From: Octopus vulgaris
Lineage: Eukaryota
Assembly (NCBI GenBank): GCA_951406725.2
Contig: OX597823.1
Location: 46,624,001-46,688,000 of the forward strand
Reading direction: 5' to 3'
DNA length: 64,000 nt
Below the pieces are notes generated by a model that saw only the letters and a list, made by a program, of their open reading frames with translations, was not told the DNA's origin and made no database searches. Position numbers and translations under genes: made by a program. Positions within the stretch are counted from its first letter, which is position 1; each line of letters opens with the position of its first letter. Positions 1 through 14,653 of the stretch are shown piece by piece.

Positions 1-228
1 TTCTTCTTCTTCTTCTTCTTCTTCTTCTTCTTCTTCTTCTTCTTTATGACTATTATTACCATTATTGAGTGAGAGAGCAGTGCATGCCTTCAAAGTGACA
101 CTGGAGTAAAATACACGAACCTCAGTATATCCATCATGACTGCCCGTCTGATAAGGGTACACCAGGCACATGCATTAAAACCATATGTGCGCGACATAGT
201 GATCTCATATTATTATTATTATTATTAT

Positions 229-784
229 TGAGTGAGAGAGCAGTTCATGCCATCAAAGTGACGCTGGGGTAAAAATATACGAAGCCCAATATACCCATCA
301 TGACTACCCGTCTGATAAGGGTACACCAGACACATGCATCACAACCATATGTGCGCGACATGGTGATCTCGTATCAAGATAAATAGCACATGACCTTGCA
401 GGTGGGGCCCAGTTAGAATTTTCTTCAGGTCGAGTAGCCCATCCCGCTCAAAAGGTTCCTGAATAAGGGTTGTTTAAGGATGTTGAAAGAACCACCCATG
501 TTTCCAGAGGTGAATTATTCAAACCCCAAAGAATCCCTCTCAACACATGGCTGTGATGCTCCCCCACTACTTCTGCTCGTGATCAGAGATGCACATATCG
601 TCAGCCACTAAGGCACGTACTCAACTGGTTATGGTCAAACAACTGACAAGCAAATCTGTGGTATTGAGCAGAATATTTGCTGTAGCCCATCTTTTATACC
701 AAGACAAAACAATGTACATGATAACACTTCCAATCAGTTAAGATAAGAAGCCATGAGAGCCACTGCCTGGTACTGCATCAGGGC
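229..784 (-). mobile_element. ~555-bp non-coding element inserted in a (TAA)n tract, full-length copy; a 3' fragment of the same family lies at ~66-210
   Basis: Reverse complement aligns along its length with 10011-10563 (GCCCTGATGCAGTACCAGG...CTCTCTCACTC); flanked by (TTA)n on both sides. Confidence 0.85.
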
Positions 785-785
785 G

Positions 786-849
<64 letters not shown>

Positions 850-850
<1 letters not shown>

Positions 851-1280
851 GGCGAGGGGCTAGCAGAATTGTTAGCACATCGTGAAAAATGCTTAGCGAC
901 ATTTCGTCCGTCTGACCTTTCTGGGTTAAATTCCGCCGAATTTAACTTTGCCATTCATCTTTTCGAGGTCGCTAAAATAAATACCAGTCGAGCACTGGAA
1001 TCGATGTAATCTCATCGATTACTCAGGTAAATTTTATATTTCCCCCGAAATTGCTGGCCTTATTAAAGCAGCAAGCTGGCAGAATCGTAACCGGTCAAAA
1101 TGCTTAGTGGCATTTTTTTCTGACGTTATGTTCTGAGTTCAAATACCTCCGAAGTCGACTTGGCCTTTCTTTCTGATGGGGTCGATAAGACAAGTAAACA
1201 ATTGAGCACCAGGATCGATGTAATCGATTGACCCACTTCCTTCAAAGTTTCAGGCCTTGTGCCTATAGCAGAAAGGACTA
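850..1280 (+). mobile_element. Two tandem decayed copies of SINE family A (tRNA-derived)
   Basis: A-box-like GCTGGCAGAA, B-box-like GAGTTCAAAT, then the GACTTTGCCTTTCATCCTTTCGGGGTCGATAAA..AGTACCAG body shared by many copies in the window. Confidence 0.8.
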
Positions 1281-1494
1281 TTGTTATTACAGGACTAATC
1301 ACACCAACAAACTATCTTTTACATTTTCCCGTGTAGGTGCGCGCGCGCCGTTTGAGTGTGCATTGGAAGACCTTTGATGATCTGTTTCACTCACAGCTGG
1401 TCTGCGACTAAATATCAACAATACTGACAACCATACACTTAGTCGATTCTCACACACGTGTATATGTGTGTGTCTGCATGCGTGAGTTTGATAG

Positions 1495-1647
1495 GTTTCA
1501 AATTTAGGCATAAGGTCAGCAAGATTAGGGGAGTGTTAAGTCGATTAGATCGACTCAGGTGTGCAACTAGTACTTATTTTATCGACCCCGAAAGTATGAA
1601 AAGTATTTTGTCTGGCGCGGTAACGATTCTGCCACCTCGCCACCTTG
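1495..1647 (-). mobile_element. SINE family A, internally deleted copy
   Basis: Reverse-complement match to family A head and body (TACTTATTTTATCGACCCCGAAAG, AACGATTCTGCCA). Confidence 0.7.
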
Positions 1648-1768
1648 AATTCAGATATATATATATATATATATATGTCTATAGGGCGAGAATTCACAAA
1701 AAAGACGAAGAGAAGTGGTGTAGACAAAAAACAGATGTATTAGTATAACGCTCGGGAAGTGAAAAAGT

Positions 1769-1804
1769 CTTTAATATTTTGAGCCTACGCTCTTTCACAG
1801 AAAG
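1769..1804 (-). ncRNA. Decayed minimal type I hammerhead-like motif
   Basis: Minus strand: cttt-CTGTGAAA-gagc(gtag)gctc-AAAA-tat-t-aaag. Stem I (cttt/aaag) and stem II (gagc/gctc) intact; GAAA and the ACGT palindrome differ by CpG-type transitions. Confidence 0.4.
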
Positions 1805-2496
1805 GAACACAGAAAGAAACAAAGGAAGGAAATAAAGAATGTGTAGTGGCTAGCGATCTGTCATGGCGAATGCCGGTGCATGCATGAGTATGTGTCTGAG
1901 AGAAAGAGAAAGAGAGAGAAAGTGTGTGTGTGTGTGTGACTGTGTGTACCGATAAATCCTGAGGTTACCCATTCAGAGGGCCATGAGGAAACGACTTCAA
2001 TTATAAACCCAAATACGTTATACTTTACGAGGATGAGAACAGTGTACATAACTGAAAGCTTTGTTTTGTTAAAGAACACTCAGGCAACATCAGATCTACA
2101 GAAGTACTAACCTTTACAGAGAAAGTGCATTATTGCTTATGATAAATTTTCAAGGAAGGTAATAGTGCTGATAGAGAAGTCGTTGAAATTGAATAAAAAT
2201 TAGAATAAAATTATAAAAATAGGTTAGACATAAAGATTTGTATAATGATAAACAATACAAAGATATTCTATGTAAGAATTTACTGCTTACGTAGAAACTG
2301 GTGAAGGAAAACCGGTAAGTGACGAAAGACACCGAAATTTTGAGAAACCTTTTTATGAATTTTATCTATTATTTTATTTATATTATTATTTGCAAACATT
2401 CATGCATACACACTCGCGGGTACATACAGACAGATGTAAACCTATATGTATGTAATTATGCATTATATGTTTCTGCGTGTGTGTGGATCATATACT

Positions 2497-2552
<56 letters not shown>

Positions 2553-2566
2553 CATACATACATACA

Positions 2567-2598
<32 letters not shown>

Positions 2599-2878
2599 CA
2601 CACACACACACACTTGGGCCTGTATACTAAATATATGTGTGTTATGTTCTTTAGTGACATTACCAAGTTGCAACATATTCTAAATCACAGCTGAGAAAGA
2701 TTAACCCATATTTTGGCAGACGACACATTTCAAATATTCCAAACATCCTCATCATAGGAGGTAATATTACATAGCATTTAAAATGATGTCTGAAAGTTCA
2801 AAAGTCAATGTGAGTGAATAGAATGATAGAAAAAGAAAGGTGATAATAGGAACAATGGAAAATGGCAAATATTGTGTG

Positions 2879-2946
<68 letters not shown>

Positions 2947-3819
2947 AGGGTAAGTGTATATGAGGGAGAGATGAGACAAGAGAGAGAGAGAGAGAGAGAG
3001 GTGACGGAAACGTGGAAACGATGGTTGAAAAGAAAGGCACAAAGACATTAAGAGAAGAGGAGAAAGTCTGAATGGAAGGAAAGGAAAAGATAAGGTGAAA
3101 CTGTTATTGTATAAAATGGTTATGGTAATTGGCGTGAAAGTGTAAAGAATGAAGAGAAAGAATGGCAAAAGAAAGGAAAGATAAAAAGGAAAAAGGAAAA
3201 CATGGAAAACTGATGAATCAAATAGACGAATGAGAATAAAGGAGACATGTTTGTGTTTGGGGCAGTTAGGTGTTCAGTCGTGACTAGTGATTAATTACAC
3301 ATAAGAATCGTATAAAATCTTTGATGGACCGCTGAAACCTGCAGTTTATACCAATTTTGAAACCTTCAAGTTGGCAGACTTCTTACGTTTTTAATTTCCT
3401 CGTTAGAAAATTCTAGATTTACGAGGAGTGAAATCAAATGAAATTTATCTGTAACAATTTGAGTTTCAGGACTGTGAAACAGGAAATGTTTTACTGTTTT
3501 ATTATTTCTAAATATCTCAAATGTTTGAGAAATCAAGTTATGACTCTTTTTGGCTTTCACATTCTTTTGCTTGCTTTTTCTGCTCTTTTATAAATTTTAG
3601 CAATTGCATCTTTGATTGTTTTAAGACAGTTAATTAATCTCTGGTGGTTTCTGTGATTCTTCACTTCACGGTAATTGAAATAAATGAAGCCAGTCAATAG
3701 ATGTGCAGAGTTAACTTATTTAAGGTTCGGAGAAGAGCCGTTTATAATAGCTATGGAGTTTGTATACTTAGACTTAGTTAAATACCAGAAGCTAAATTAC
3801 TTATTATAATACTTGTCTT

Positions 3820-4170
3820 TAAGAGAATGACAGTTAGTTGAACGAAGAAGCATCATTATATTAATGGATATTTATTTTCTTCACAAATAACAGAAACCAT
3901 TCACCTCAGAAGAATTCAGAGATATTAAGCACCTAATTACATGATTCGATGGTATGTATCTATATATGTATAGATATGTGTGCGTGAGTTGCAAATCATG
4001 TCTGTGGGTACATATATAAATGTTTATATACATAATAAGTTGGACTTATTGTAGTATCTTAATGTGACTGTTCACAGATTCCATACCCATGACCGGTTAT
4101 GTAAGTCACTTGCAAATTATAATTATTACGTAAATCTTGGCTTCCCGAAACAGCTGTCGAAGTAAGAGAT
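3820..4170 (+). pseudogene. Highly decayed Penelope-like element 3' end (GIY-YIG C-terminal remnant plus half hammerhead)
   Basis: 3828-3852 reads *QL/LNEEA (cf. CxLCLxE); 3901-3942 reads SPQKNSEILST*LH (cf. LLNKHNEALSTCNH at 37 kb); 4141-4162 cttc..GAAACAGCTGTC-gaag is the stem III/stem I half of an HHR. Confidence 0.4.
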
Positions 4171-4445
4171 TACGTATTTTCTTTTTATATTTTATATAGT
4201 ATTTATTGCTTTCCATGTATATGTGTGTGCATGTACGTGTGTATTTTTGTATATATATACTGTGTTTATCTACATTACTACCCCTCTCTTCACCTCTCTC
4301 CTCCTCTCTCTCTCACTCTCTCTTTCTTCCTCTCTCCTCTCTCTTTCTCGTTCTCTCTCTCTCTCTATTTGTACATTTATATATGTATATCTATCTATCT
4401 ATCTATATCTATATTTCTCTCTCTCTCTCTCGCTCTCTCTCTCTC

Positions 4446-4488
<43 letters not shown>

Positions 4489-4663
4489 CAAAAATGGGAC
4501 AAAAGAACGCAAAACATCCAGACAGTTAGGTGATACAAAAAGGGACAGCAAATCATCCAGACAGACGATTCAAAGAAAACAACGACGGGTCATTCAGAGT
4601 TTTCTTTCCTCAGTCGAGTTCCAGATTATTCTTGCAATTTCGGCTGCGGTGTACGTACACTTT

Positions 4664-4764
<101 letters not shown>

Positions 4765-4769
4765 GTGTT

Positions 4770-4877
<108 letters not shown>

Positions 4878-5231
4878 TAAATACATATGCATATAATTAA
4901 TTATGTGTTTAAATACCAACAACTTATGACAGCACCAACTACTATATATTGTTTTGTCAAAACAAATAAGTGATTTACTTTAAAGGTGACTGAGGTGGTG
5001 AACACACATTCATAGATGACACACGAGGTAACTTTTGGCAAGTATAAGTTTAATACTCTAATCCTGTATTATATTAGAAATATAATCTTGCCATCATTTT
5101 AATTCACATTGAAATAGTTATATCACTATCTACTGGGTCGTGATCCACCCTTATCGAGAAAATATTTTTGTTTTAATGAACAAAAGTTATGCTTTTTAGA
5201 TTCGTGTTTGTCTATTGTGTGTGTGTGCGTG

Positions 5232-5275
<44 letters not shown>

Positions 5276-6954
5276 TGTGTGTGTGTGTGCGCGCGCATGT
5301 ATGTGTGTGCGCGCGCGTATGAGTATTCAGAAACTGTAATGCTCGAAGCCTGAAATTTCATTGAAGTAACTAAGAAAAATAATACCAGCAGCACAAAAGG
5401 AGAAGCGAATTTTCTTTAGTCAGAACCCGTTCCAGATGTAAGGATGTAAAGATGAAAAATAAATTGATGAAATTATAGAAATGAAGCTAAAAATGGATAA
5501 AAGGAAATGCACATTGAATTATTAAAGATTTTATTTTAATCAGTTAATTTCACATTGGCATATTTCTACGCAACAACTCTCCATCATTATGCGCTATGTA
5601 TTACAGGCTTCGAAATCTACAAATCTCACATTGATAGTTACTATAAAACACTGAATTTCCATTCTTTTCCATTCTTTTCCTTGGGCTGTATTTTGTTGTA
5701 AACATATCCAATGCATGTGTTTTGCTTGTTCACCGGTTTGCTGCTGCACAGCGCTTTGAGGATGACTCCCTCATAACACTGGGTGTCAAAATACCTGGAA
5801 GTCATAGACAGACAATACAATTGCCTCCAATCCCATTTAGGAGTGATGGATACCGATATTTCGCCATTTTTGTGGCTTATCAACATCACGGAAAAGAACG
5901 GAACCGGTGCAAACTCAAGATTAAATTCAGTTACGAATTAAAAGCAGAACTAATGTTCTAAACATTATCGAGCGCACATACTGAACGTATGCGTTTTGCT
6001 CGTTCGCCGGTTTGTTGCACATAGCGTTTTAGGGCGACTCATGATCATGCACCCACACACACGCACATACACATAAACACACATATGTAAGTACTTATTT
6101 ATCTTTCTAGCATGGATATCAATCGGTGAAATTAACTAGGAGCCCAACATTCTCACTCTAGTCCTAAACTGATTCATTCATCATTTCCAGAGTCTATATG
6201 TCCTCGCTCAAATATGAACTATACTAGACTAGTAGGACTCTTTCTCTGTCGATTAAAGTTAACGTTCATTTCAGTGCTGAGCGAACAAAACTATAACCAA
6301 ATGCATGAAATCTATGAGCACCTCGTGGGGTATTTTGAAGAACAATGTTTCCAGTTTTAAAAGAATTATGGGTGTATTTTGAGACATATTTTGTTCTGTT
6401 CTCAGAAAGTCGACTGACTGCGTTCAGTAGTTGTTTCCAAGACAATAGTTGAAAGCCGTGATGTTTATTCTGCAGATAAATCTGCTTAATCGCGTCTATA
6501 GAGTTTAAGATAGAAAAAAAGAGTATTTCAACAAACATGAGCGGATAGTGAGCCATGCACTTAATGCAGCCATCATGCAAGCTTAAAAATGAGATCCCAC
6601 CGTAGGTTGTTATTTGCATTGGGGAAGTACAGCTGTTCCACTGACGTAACAATAGACCAGTCGGAATACAATTAAAATACTCGTCGTTTCCTCATGAGTA
6701 GACACTGAATGCAAAGTAATTAACGTCTGCATGTGAACAAGTGTATGTATGTATGTATGTATGTATGTATGTATGTGTATCTTTGTAGGTGCGCGTGTAT
6801 TTGTGCTTCTGCGTGACTGTTTGAGAGAGAGAGAGAGAGAGAGAAGAGTATGTATATGTGCTTGTATGTGAGTGCACATGTGTATATATTTCATTGCACA
6901 TGTGAGAGTGTATTTCATTGAGGGGTATGTATGTGTGTGAGAGTACGTGATAAT

Positions 6955-7155
6955 GTGTGTGAGCGTATGGGTATGATTGTGAACGTGTATGTGAGAGAGA
7001 GAGAGACTGTGTATGTTTGCGGTAGTGCTTATGAGTATACGTGATAATGAGTGTGAGCGTATGGGTATGATTGTGTACGTGTATGTGAGAGAGAGACTGT
7101 GTATGTTTGCGGTAGTGCTTATGAGTATACGTGATGATGTGTGTGTGTGAGCGTA
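6955..7155. repeat. ~85-bp tandem minisatellite (about 2.3 units) built from TG/AG-rich sequence
   Basis: GAGCGTATGGGTATGATTGTG...GAGACTGTGTATGTTTGCGGTAGTGCTTATGAGTATACGTGAT repeated. Confidence 0.8.
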
Positions 7156-7322
7156 TGCGCATGCGTGTATTTATGGTTGTGCGCATGTGTGTAGTTTTGC
7201 GTTAACATTTAATTGAGTGTTTTTTTTTGTATGTATGTATGTATGTATGCGTTGTTTGAACGTGAGTTTATATGAGTGACTGTATGTATTTAATTATCCG
7301 CGTCTGTGTATCTCAATGTGTA

Positions 7323-7365
<43 letters not shown>

Positions 7366-7678
7366 GCGCGTGTGTGTATGTGTGTGTGAATGTACGTATT
7401 TTCTTGAGTGTGTGATTGTATTATGTTATTGTATGAGCTTATAACTGTTTAAGTGTATGTGTGTGCCGGTACGTGTGAGTGAGTGTATGTGAATGTGCGT
7501 AGACGTTAATGTGGCTGCATGCATTTTATTGTGTGCGCGCGTGTATTCACATGATTGTACGTATATGTAGTACATGCATGTGGGTGCATGTGTGTGTATG
7601 AGTCTGGTTGGATGTATTTCACAGTGTGTCTGTGCGTGCTCGAGCACGCGCGTGTATGTTTGTGTATGCGTGTGTGTG

Positions 7679-7755
<77 letters not shown>

Positions 7756-8390
7756 TTGTCTCGCTGCCGTCTTTATATTGTTAAGGACAATCGGAAGTAT
7801 TCACAATGATGCCAAACAATTCAACCGTCATCGAGCCAGAACATTATTTGCCGCCTCGGTTGTATAGAACATACTGAAATAACTAACAAACAACGGTGGG
7901 TTGATGTCAAGGTAAAAGATTTGTCTAGTGAAACAACCAACAACCAACAACCAAACAGCCAACAATGAAGATTTTATAAGAGAGGGAAAATAATCTATTT
8001 CGCCCATCTCCACCTCTTGTCAACAATCCGTTCTGCTTACTTGCCGATGATGGATTTATCATTCGAGGGTTTTAAGCCTAAGGCTGTCAACCGCCACTGG
8101 GGTTTGACGGTGCGAGGCAGCAGTGAACTGAGTGGTGGTGGTGATGGTGGTGGTGGTGGTAGGTGGTGGTGGGCTCGGGAATGAAAGCAGGGAAAGAGTG
8201 TGTGTGTGTGGGGGCGGTAAGAGTGTGAATGAGACGTGATGTTGTCAATCTTATTAGTTGCTGTTTCAAGTGAGTTGTTTAATAGACACCGAGAACATGG
8301 TAAAGACGTTTGCTTAATGACCGGAAGCCATTGTAGTTGTAGTGATATATCATTTAAATCACCCATCCCTGTTAGTTGTACATGCTGAAC

Positions 8391-8422
<32 letters not shown>

Positions 8423-8564
8423 ATTACCACCACCACCACCACCACCACCACCACCATCGCCACCACCACTACTGCTGCTACTACTACTACTAATAACAAT
8501 ACTAATATTACAACTATCACTGCTATAACTGCTACTACTCCTACTGCTGTTGCTGCTGCTGCTG

Positions 8565-8624
<60 letters not shown>

Positions 8625-8651
8625 ACTGCATCTAATACTAATGCTATTGCA

Positions 8652-8682
<31 letters not shown>

Positions 8683-9104
8683 TTGCTGTTTATGTCTCTT
8701 GATAATGTGGAAAATGCCTTTTGCTGTTGTTACAGTTTTTCTTGTTACCATCAAGGTTTCATGAAACGCCAAAAGCGTATTATCGTTGTTTAAGCACAGG
8801 CCAACCCTGATTGACTAGAACATAATAACTAAAGCGTTCCAGCTGTGACCATCCTGCATGTTTCCTCCATTCATGGAACAACTCTGGTACTACGCATTCA
8901 ACTTTGTCATTTCATTAAGATTATATGCTGATTTAAAGGAGACATGATTGCTATTTCTAGCAAATGGAGTGACTACATCGCAACGTCTTCTTAGTGCATC
9001 AGACAACTCTGTTGCTTCTGCTCTTAATGCCGCAGTTGTTGGTGTTTCACCTATTATTTCGCGCTCATTTTTCATTCTTGATGATTTAGCTGCTGTGTCA
9101 AAAT

Positions 9105-9215
<111 letters not shown>

Positions 9216-9422
9216 TATTCAGACAAATACATAACAAAAACACCAGGACTTACAAACACATATAACATACAGAAAATTGCACTACTAGGCACTGCACACA
9301 TCCTACGCAGAACACTTTCCATTCAATAACCATCAGAGCATCACAACAAATCACAGCACATACCTAAGGCACACAGAGCTGCGCTCGGTAGTGAAGTGAA
9401 AGCACGCTATAAAAAAAAACTA

Positions 9423-9475
<53 letters not shown>

Positions 9476-9482
9476 TAATAAT

Positions 9483-9935
9483 GTTTGTCTTGGTATAAAA
9501 GATGGGCTGCAGCAAATATTCTGCTCAATACCACAGAGTTGCTTGTCAGTTGTTTGACCTTAACCAGTTGAGCATGTCCCTTAGTGGCTGACGATATGTG
9601 CATTTCTGATCACGAACAGAAGTAGTGGGAGCATCATAGTCATGTGTTGCGAGGGATTGTTTGGGGTTGAATATTTCCCTCTGGAAACATGGGTGTTTCA
9701 TTCAACATCCTTAAACAATCCTTATTCAGGTACCTTTGAGCGGGATGGGTTACTCGACTAGAAGAAAATTCTAACTGGCCCTCACCTGCAAGGTCATGTG
9801 CTGTTTATCTTGATATGAGATTACTATGTCGAGCACATATGGTTGTGATGCATGTGCCTAGTGTACCCTTATCAGACGGATAGTCATGATGGGTATACTG
9901 GACCTCGTATATTTTACCCCAGTGTCACTTTGATG
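9483..9935 (+). mobile_element. Truncated copy of the (TAA)n-associated element
   Basis: Aligns to 10085-10540; flanked by (TAA)n. Confidence 0.85.
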
Positions 9936-10010
<75 letters not shown>

Positions 10011-10563
10011 GCCCTGATGCAGTACCAGGCAGTGGCTCTCATGGCTTCTGATCTTAACTGATTGGAAGTGTTATCATGTACATTGTTTTGTCTTGGTATA
10101 AAAGATGGGCTACAGCAAATATTCTGCTCAATACCACAGATTTGCTTGTCAGTTGTTTGACCTTAACCAGTTGAGCATGTCCCTTAGTGGCTGACGATAT
10201 GTGCATCTCTGATCATGAGCAGAAGTAGTGGGGAGCATCATAGCCATGTGTTGAGAGGGATTCTTTGGGGTTTGAATAGTTCACCTCTGGAAACATGGGT
10301 GGTTCTTTCAACATCCTTAAACAACCCTTATTCAGGGACCGTTTGAGCGGGATGGGCTACTCAACCTGAAGAAAATTCTAACTGGGCCCCACCTGCAAGG
10401 TCATGTGCTGTTTATCTTGATATGAGATCACCATGTCGCGCACATATGGTTGTGATGCATGTGCCTGGTGTACCTTTATCAGACGGGTAGTCATGATGGG
10501 TATATTGGGCTTCGTATATTTTACCCCAGTGTCACTTTGATGGCATGAACTGCTCTCTCACTC
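10011..10563 (+). mobile_element. Full-length (TAA)n-associated ~553-bp element
   Basis: Same 5' and 3' ends as 229-784; (AAT)n on both sides. Confidence 0.85.
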
Positions 10564-10614
<51 letters not shown>

Positions 10615-10939
10615 GCTACTATACTGCGAATCTTGAGCCGCACGATATAACGTTATCTTGTTTATTTATTTATTTTCTTATTTTTTCCTGTGACTTTAGT
10701 AAAATTTTGCTACTACTACTCAGAGGTCGAGCGATTGCGTAGGAGACACTTTGTTAGCTGGTGGTGTTATAGTGAAAATAGTGCTGGTGAAATTATTGTT
10801 ACAGACTCGTTCCTAGGGCTTAGTGGTAATAGCAATTGCGGTGTCGAATCCGTTGATTATGTAAGACGTGGCTTTTATTCAGGAACTTCAACGATGCTGA
10901 GGTCATCATTTTTATTTCATCGCTGTTTAATCAAAATAC

Positions 10940-11285
10940 TGAAGGTGCAAAGCTCAGTGTTTAGAGCGTCGGGCTCACAATCATGAGGTAGTGGGTTCGA
11001 ATCACGGACCGGGCTGTGTGCTGTGTTCTTGAGCAAGACACTTTATTTCACATTACTCTAGTTCACTCAGCTGTAGAAATGAGTTCCGACGTCACTTGTG
11101 CCAAACTGTATTGGCCTTTGCCTTTCACTTGGATAACATCGGTGGAGTGCTGAGGGGAGGCTGGTATGCATGGGTGACTGTTGGCCTTCCATAAACAAAT
11201 TGCCTGGACTTTTGCCTCGGAGGGTAACTTTCTAGGTGCAATCCCATGGTCATCCATGGCTGAAGAGGGTCTTTACTCTTTACCC
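10940..11285 (+). mobile_element. tRNA-derived SINE (family C, CORE-like body)
   Basis: AGCTCAGTGTTTAGAGCG A-box and GGGTTCGAATC B-box, CTTGAGCAAGACACTT body, CTTTAC repeat tail; diverged TSD tttaatcaaaatact / tttaatcatattgct. Confidence 0.75.
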
Positions 11286-11626
11286 TTTTTTAATCATATT
11301 GCTGTCTTTAGCTAAAACACGACTACAATTAACCCACTTTTAGTTAATGAACCACACCAGGAAATTAGTCCACAATGGATTCAGAATAGGTTCTATAATA
11401 ACAGTTTGTATCAATGCCTTCTACAACGACTCTTGTAACGCAGTAAAACCATCGTCTCCACAGATCAGTAGTTCTCAAAAAACTTTTTTTTTCACCTATG
11501 GAGTCTTTTGATTCCCTTTTTTTTAACCTATGGAGTCATTTGACTCCTATTTTGCTCAGGCAGACTTCCATAGCCATTCAGTGACTTTAAAAAATCCTAT
11601 TATGTTATAATTATATTAGCCCGATG

Positions 11627-11662
<36 letters not shown>

Positions 11663-12016
11663 TGTGTGTGTATTTGTACATTTGTTTATACTCCACCACC
11701 ACTTAATAACCAGTGTTGGTGTGTTTTCGCCCCATAACTTAGTGGTTCGTCAAACGACAACCAGTAGACTAAAATACCAGGCTTAAAAAATGAATGCACA
11801 AGGATAAAATTTGTATTTTTTAAAACTGTTTTTCTTCTTCCGTTATGTAGCCCGTCAGTAACGATTTCATGCGACTAGCTGAAGGGAAAGGCGAAAGAAA
11901 AAGAGCGAAAGAAAGAGGAGAGAGAGAAAGAGGATAAGGTGACGCGTGAGAGAAAAAGAGAGAGTGTGTTGTGTATCAAGTCTATAAAATTGTGCATAAA
12001 GTATATAAAGTATATA

Positions 12017-12184
12017 TAGGCGCAGGAGTTGCTGTGTGGTAAGTAGCTTGCTAACCAACCACATGGTTCCGGGTTCAGTCCCACTGGGTGGTACCTTGTG
12101 TAAGTGTCTTCTGCTATAGTCCCCGGGCCGACCAATGCCTTGTGAGTGGATTTGGTAGACGGAAACTGAAAGAAGCCTGTCGTA

Positions 12185-12227
<43 letters not shown>

Positions 12228-12452
12228 GTGTGTATGTGTGTGTCTGTGTTTGTCCCCCTAGCATTGATTGACAACCGATGCTGGTGTGTTTACGTCCCCG
12301 TAACTTAGCGGTTCGGCAAAAGAGATCGAAAGAATAAGTACTGGGCTTACAAAAAAATAAGTCCCGGGGTCTATTTGCTCAACTAAAGGCGGTGCTCCAG
12401 CATGGCCGCAGTCAAATGACTGAAACAAGTAAAAGAGAAAAAAGAGAAAGAG
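12017..12452 (+). mobile_element. SINE family B, full length, with internal (TA)n(TG)n tract
   Basis: AGGCGCAGGAGT.GCTGTGTGGTAAG head, GGGTTCAGTCCC B-box, CORE-like ACCTTG.G.AAGTG, GGCGGTGCTCCAGCATGGCCGCAG 3' region, TAAAAGAG tail. Confidence 0.85.
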
Positions 12453-13915
12453 ATAAAATGCAATAAGTAATCATCGTATTCCAATTTCTTTCACCTTTCA
12501 ATGATTAGCAGATGAGCGACTATCTTTTGATACTGGCACAACACAGGTTACGACTTCAGGTTGTTGGATAAAGTTTTCAGAAATAACCCAAGAAGTTTAC
12601 CATTAATTCCGTGAAATATTCGTGAGTCCCGCTAGTAAGTATTATTACATGAAAAAGGTAGGTTTGCTTCGTAAGAAAACACTTGAAGCTTAGCAACAAA
12701 CAACAAATTCACCCAAAGAGAACTTTTCAACGCTAAACTTTTTTTTTGCGATATTCTTACACATTTTGTAGTTATTATTGGCGCTGATGTTGTTTGTTTT
12801 TTTTTTTTATTACACGTCAACCTTGAAGTAGCAGACTTACGAGTAAGCAAGAGATTCAATCGTAACCATCTCGCTTTTCCTTTAATATATTACATACAGG
12901 CGTTGATACAAACAGCTATTATAGAATCTATTAACGGCGGTGCATCAGCATGGCCGCAGCTCTGAGCTGAAACTACAGAAAGAAAAAAAATAAAGATAAT
13001 TAGTTGCTATTTTTACCAGTTGAACGGACCATGCTATGGTTACTACATTCGGTTGTTGATGTTTTTTTATATTGTCATTTGATGTTACTGACTATTCTCA
13101 GACATGCTTATTATTTAGTGAACTGTGATGTGTGCGAAGTTACATGCACGCCAATAGAGGCTACTCGAACCAGCATTTCCTGGTCCAAAGCAATCTTTTA
13201 AATTTTTCTGTCCATTTTAGGAACTTCGTTCTTAACCGCCTTCGATTTTTTCTGCCCAAAAGGGATTTTCAACCCAATATTTTCATACTATTATTTACAG
13301 CATTATGTGCTTCGAGATCCACTCTTCCAAAAGTAGAAATATTTCACGATTTCTTCAAAGTTTTAAAGTTCTTATAACGTCAACAACATACAACTCGCTG
13401 TATTCCTAAAATGAATACAGACCTTCAAAGGATTGCTTTCGTCCGATGATAGGAAAGCGTGCCATGTTTACAAGAGATGCGAGTTCAAGTCTCACGGACA
13501 AGCTTTGACTTTTCCTGTCCAAAAGGGAATTTTCTGTTCAATATTCTATTATCTGTGTTATTTATATGAAGTAATATTCATTATATATATATATATATAT
13601 ATATATAGTAAAGTTTATATACCAACAGAATATGGTAGTCCTATAAAGGACGATGTTACTATTGTTTTAGCCCCAGGAAAACATTTTTTCCAGTTGGCTA
13701 TCGGCACATAGCTTGTATCCGTATAGCATATATATATATATCATGTGAACATGTAAAAATAAACAGTTACCACACCTCAGGTATTAGGAAACTATTTCGG
13801 CCGGCTTGGAATTTTGCCCCGTTTTTTCGGAAATTTAGAAAAAGAAAAGAAAGAAACAAGAGAGATGCAAACATACATATAAATATGTATCGGAGAGTAC
13901 TTGTAACTGCGCAAA

Positions 13916-14024
<109 letters not shown>

Positions 14025-14541
14025 TATGTATAAATAGATAGATAGATAGATAGATAGATAGTGACAGATGGATGGATGGATAGATGTGAAAATTATTCTG
14101 TCGAAGTGTACGTTCATGAATTGTCTCCTCCTCACCTTTAGGTCAACTCAGACAAAGCAGATGAATGATCGAAGTTATTCAGCCGTGTCTATCGATGTTT
14201 TTTTTTTTTTTCTTTTTGCCTTTTACCTATGATAGCTGTAAAGATATTAGGCTGCCATTTCTAATATGGCAAGCAGCAATGTAGCAGCTTCCTCGCTGAC
14301 ATGAAACTAAATATCTATGTTCAGGCGCATATACATTCATTCCTGAGTAGTATTTGTATCGTTAATCAAATAACTTTTCATATATTTGCGTGAAATTCTT
14401 CAAGGCGGTGCCCCAGCATTGCTGCGGTCGAACAACTGAAAAAAGTAAAAGAAAGATAAAAGATTTGGCTGGTATAGGTCTGTATGTAACGTTGAATGAG
14501 TGTGTGCAGGCTTAGGTCTGAAAGTGTGTATAGGTATGTGT

Positions 14542-14593
<52 letters not shown>

Positions 14594-14653
14594 TCACACA
14601 CACACATACGGACAAAATAATGGAAGCACCTTAAAATTTCAAGCAAATTTATA

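Noticed and set aside
2319-2694. [18 protein letters not shown] and LSLSLS ORFs here and throughout the window
   Set aside because: Dinucleotide and tetranucleotide microsatellites lacking stop codons.
10011-10080. HDV-like ribozyme at the 5' end of the (TAA)n element
   Set aside because: I could not build the P1/P1.1/P2/P3 nested pseudoknot by eye.
10945-11010. tRNA-like sequences
   Set aside because: They are SINE heads: no complete cloverleaf, and they continue into SINE bodies.
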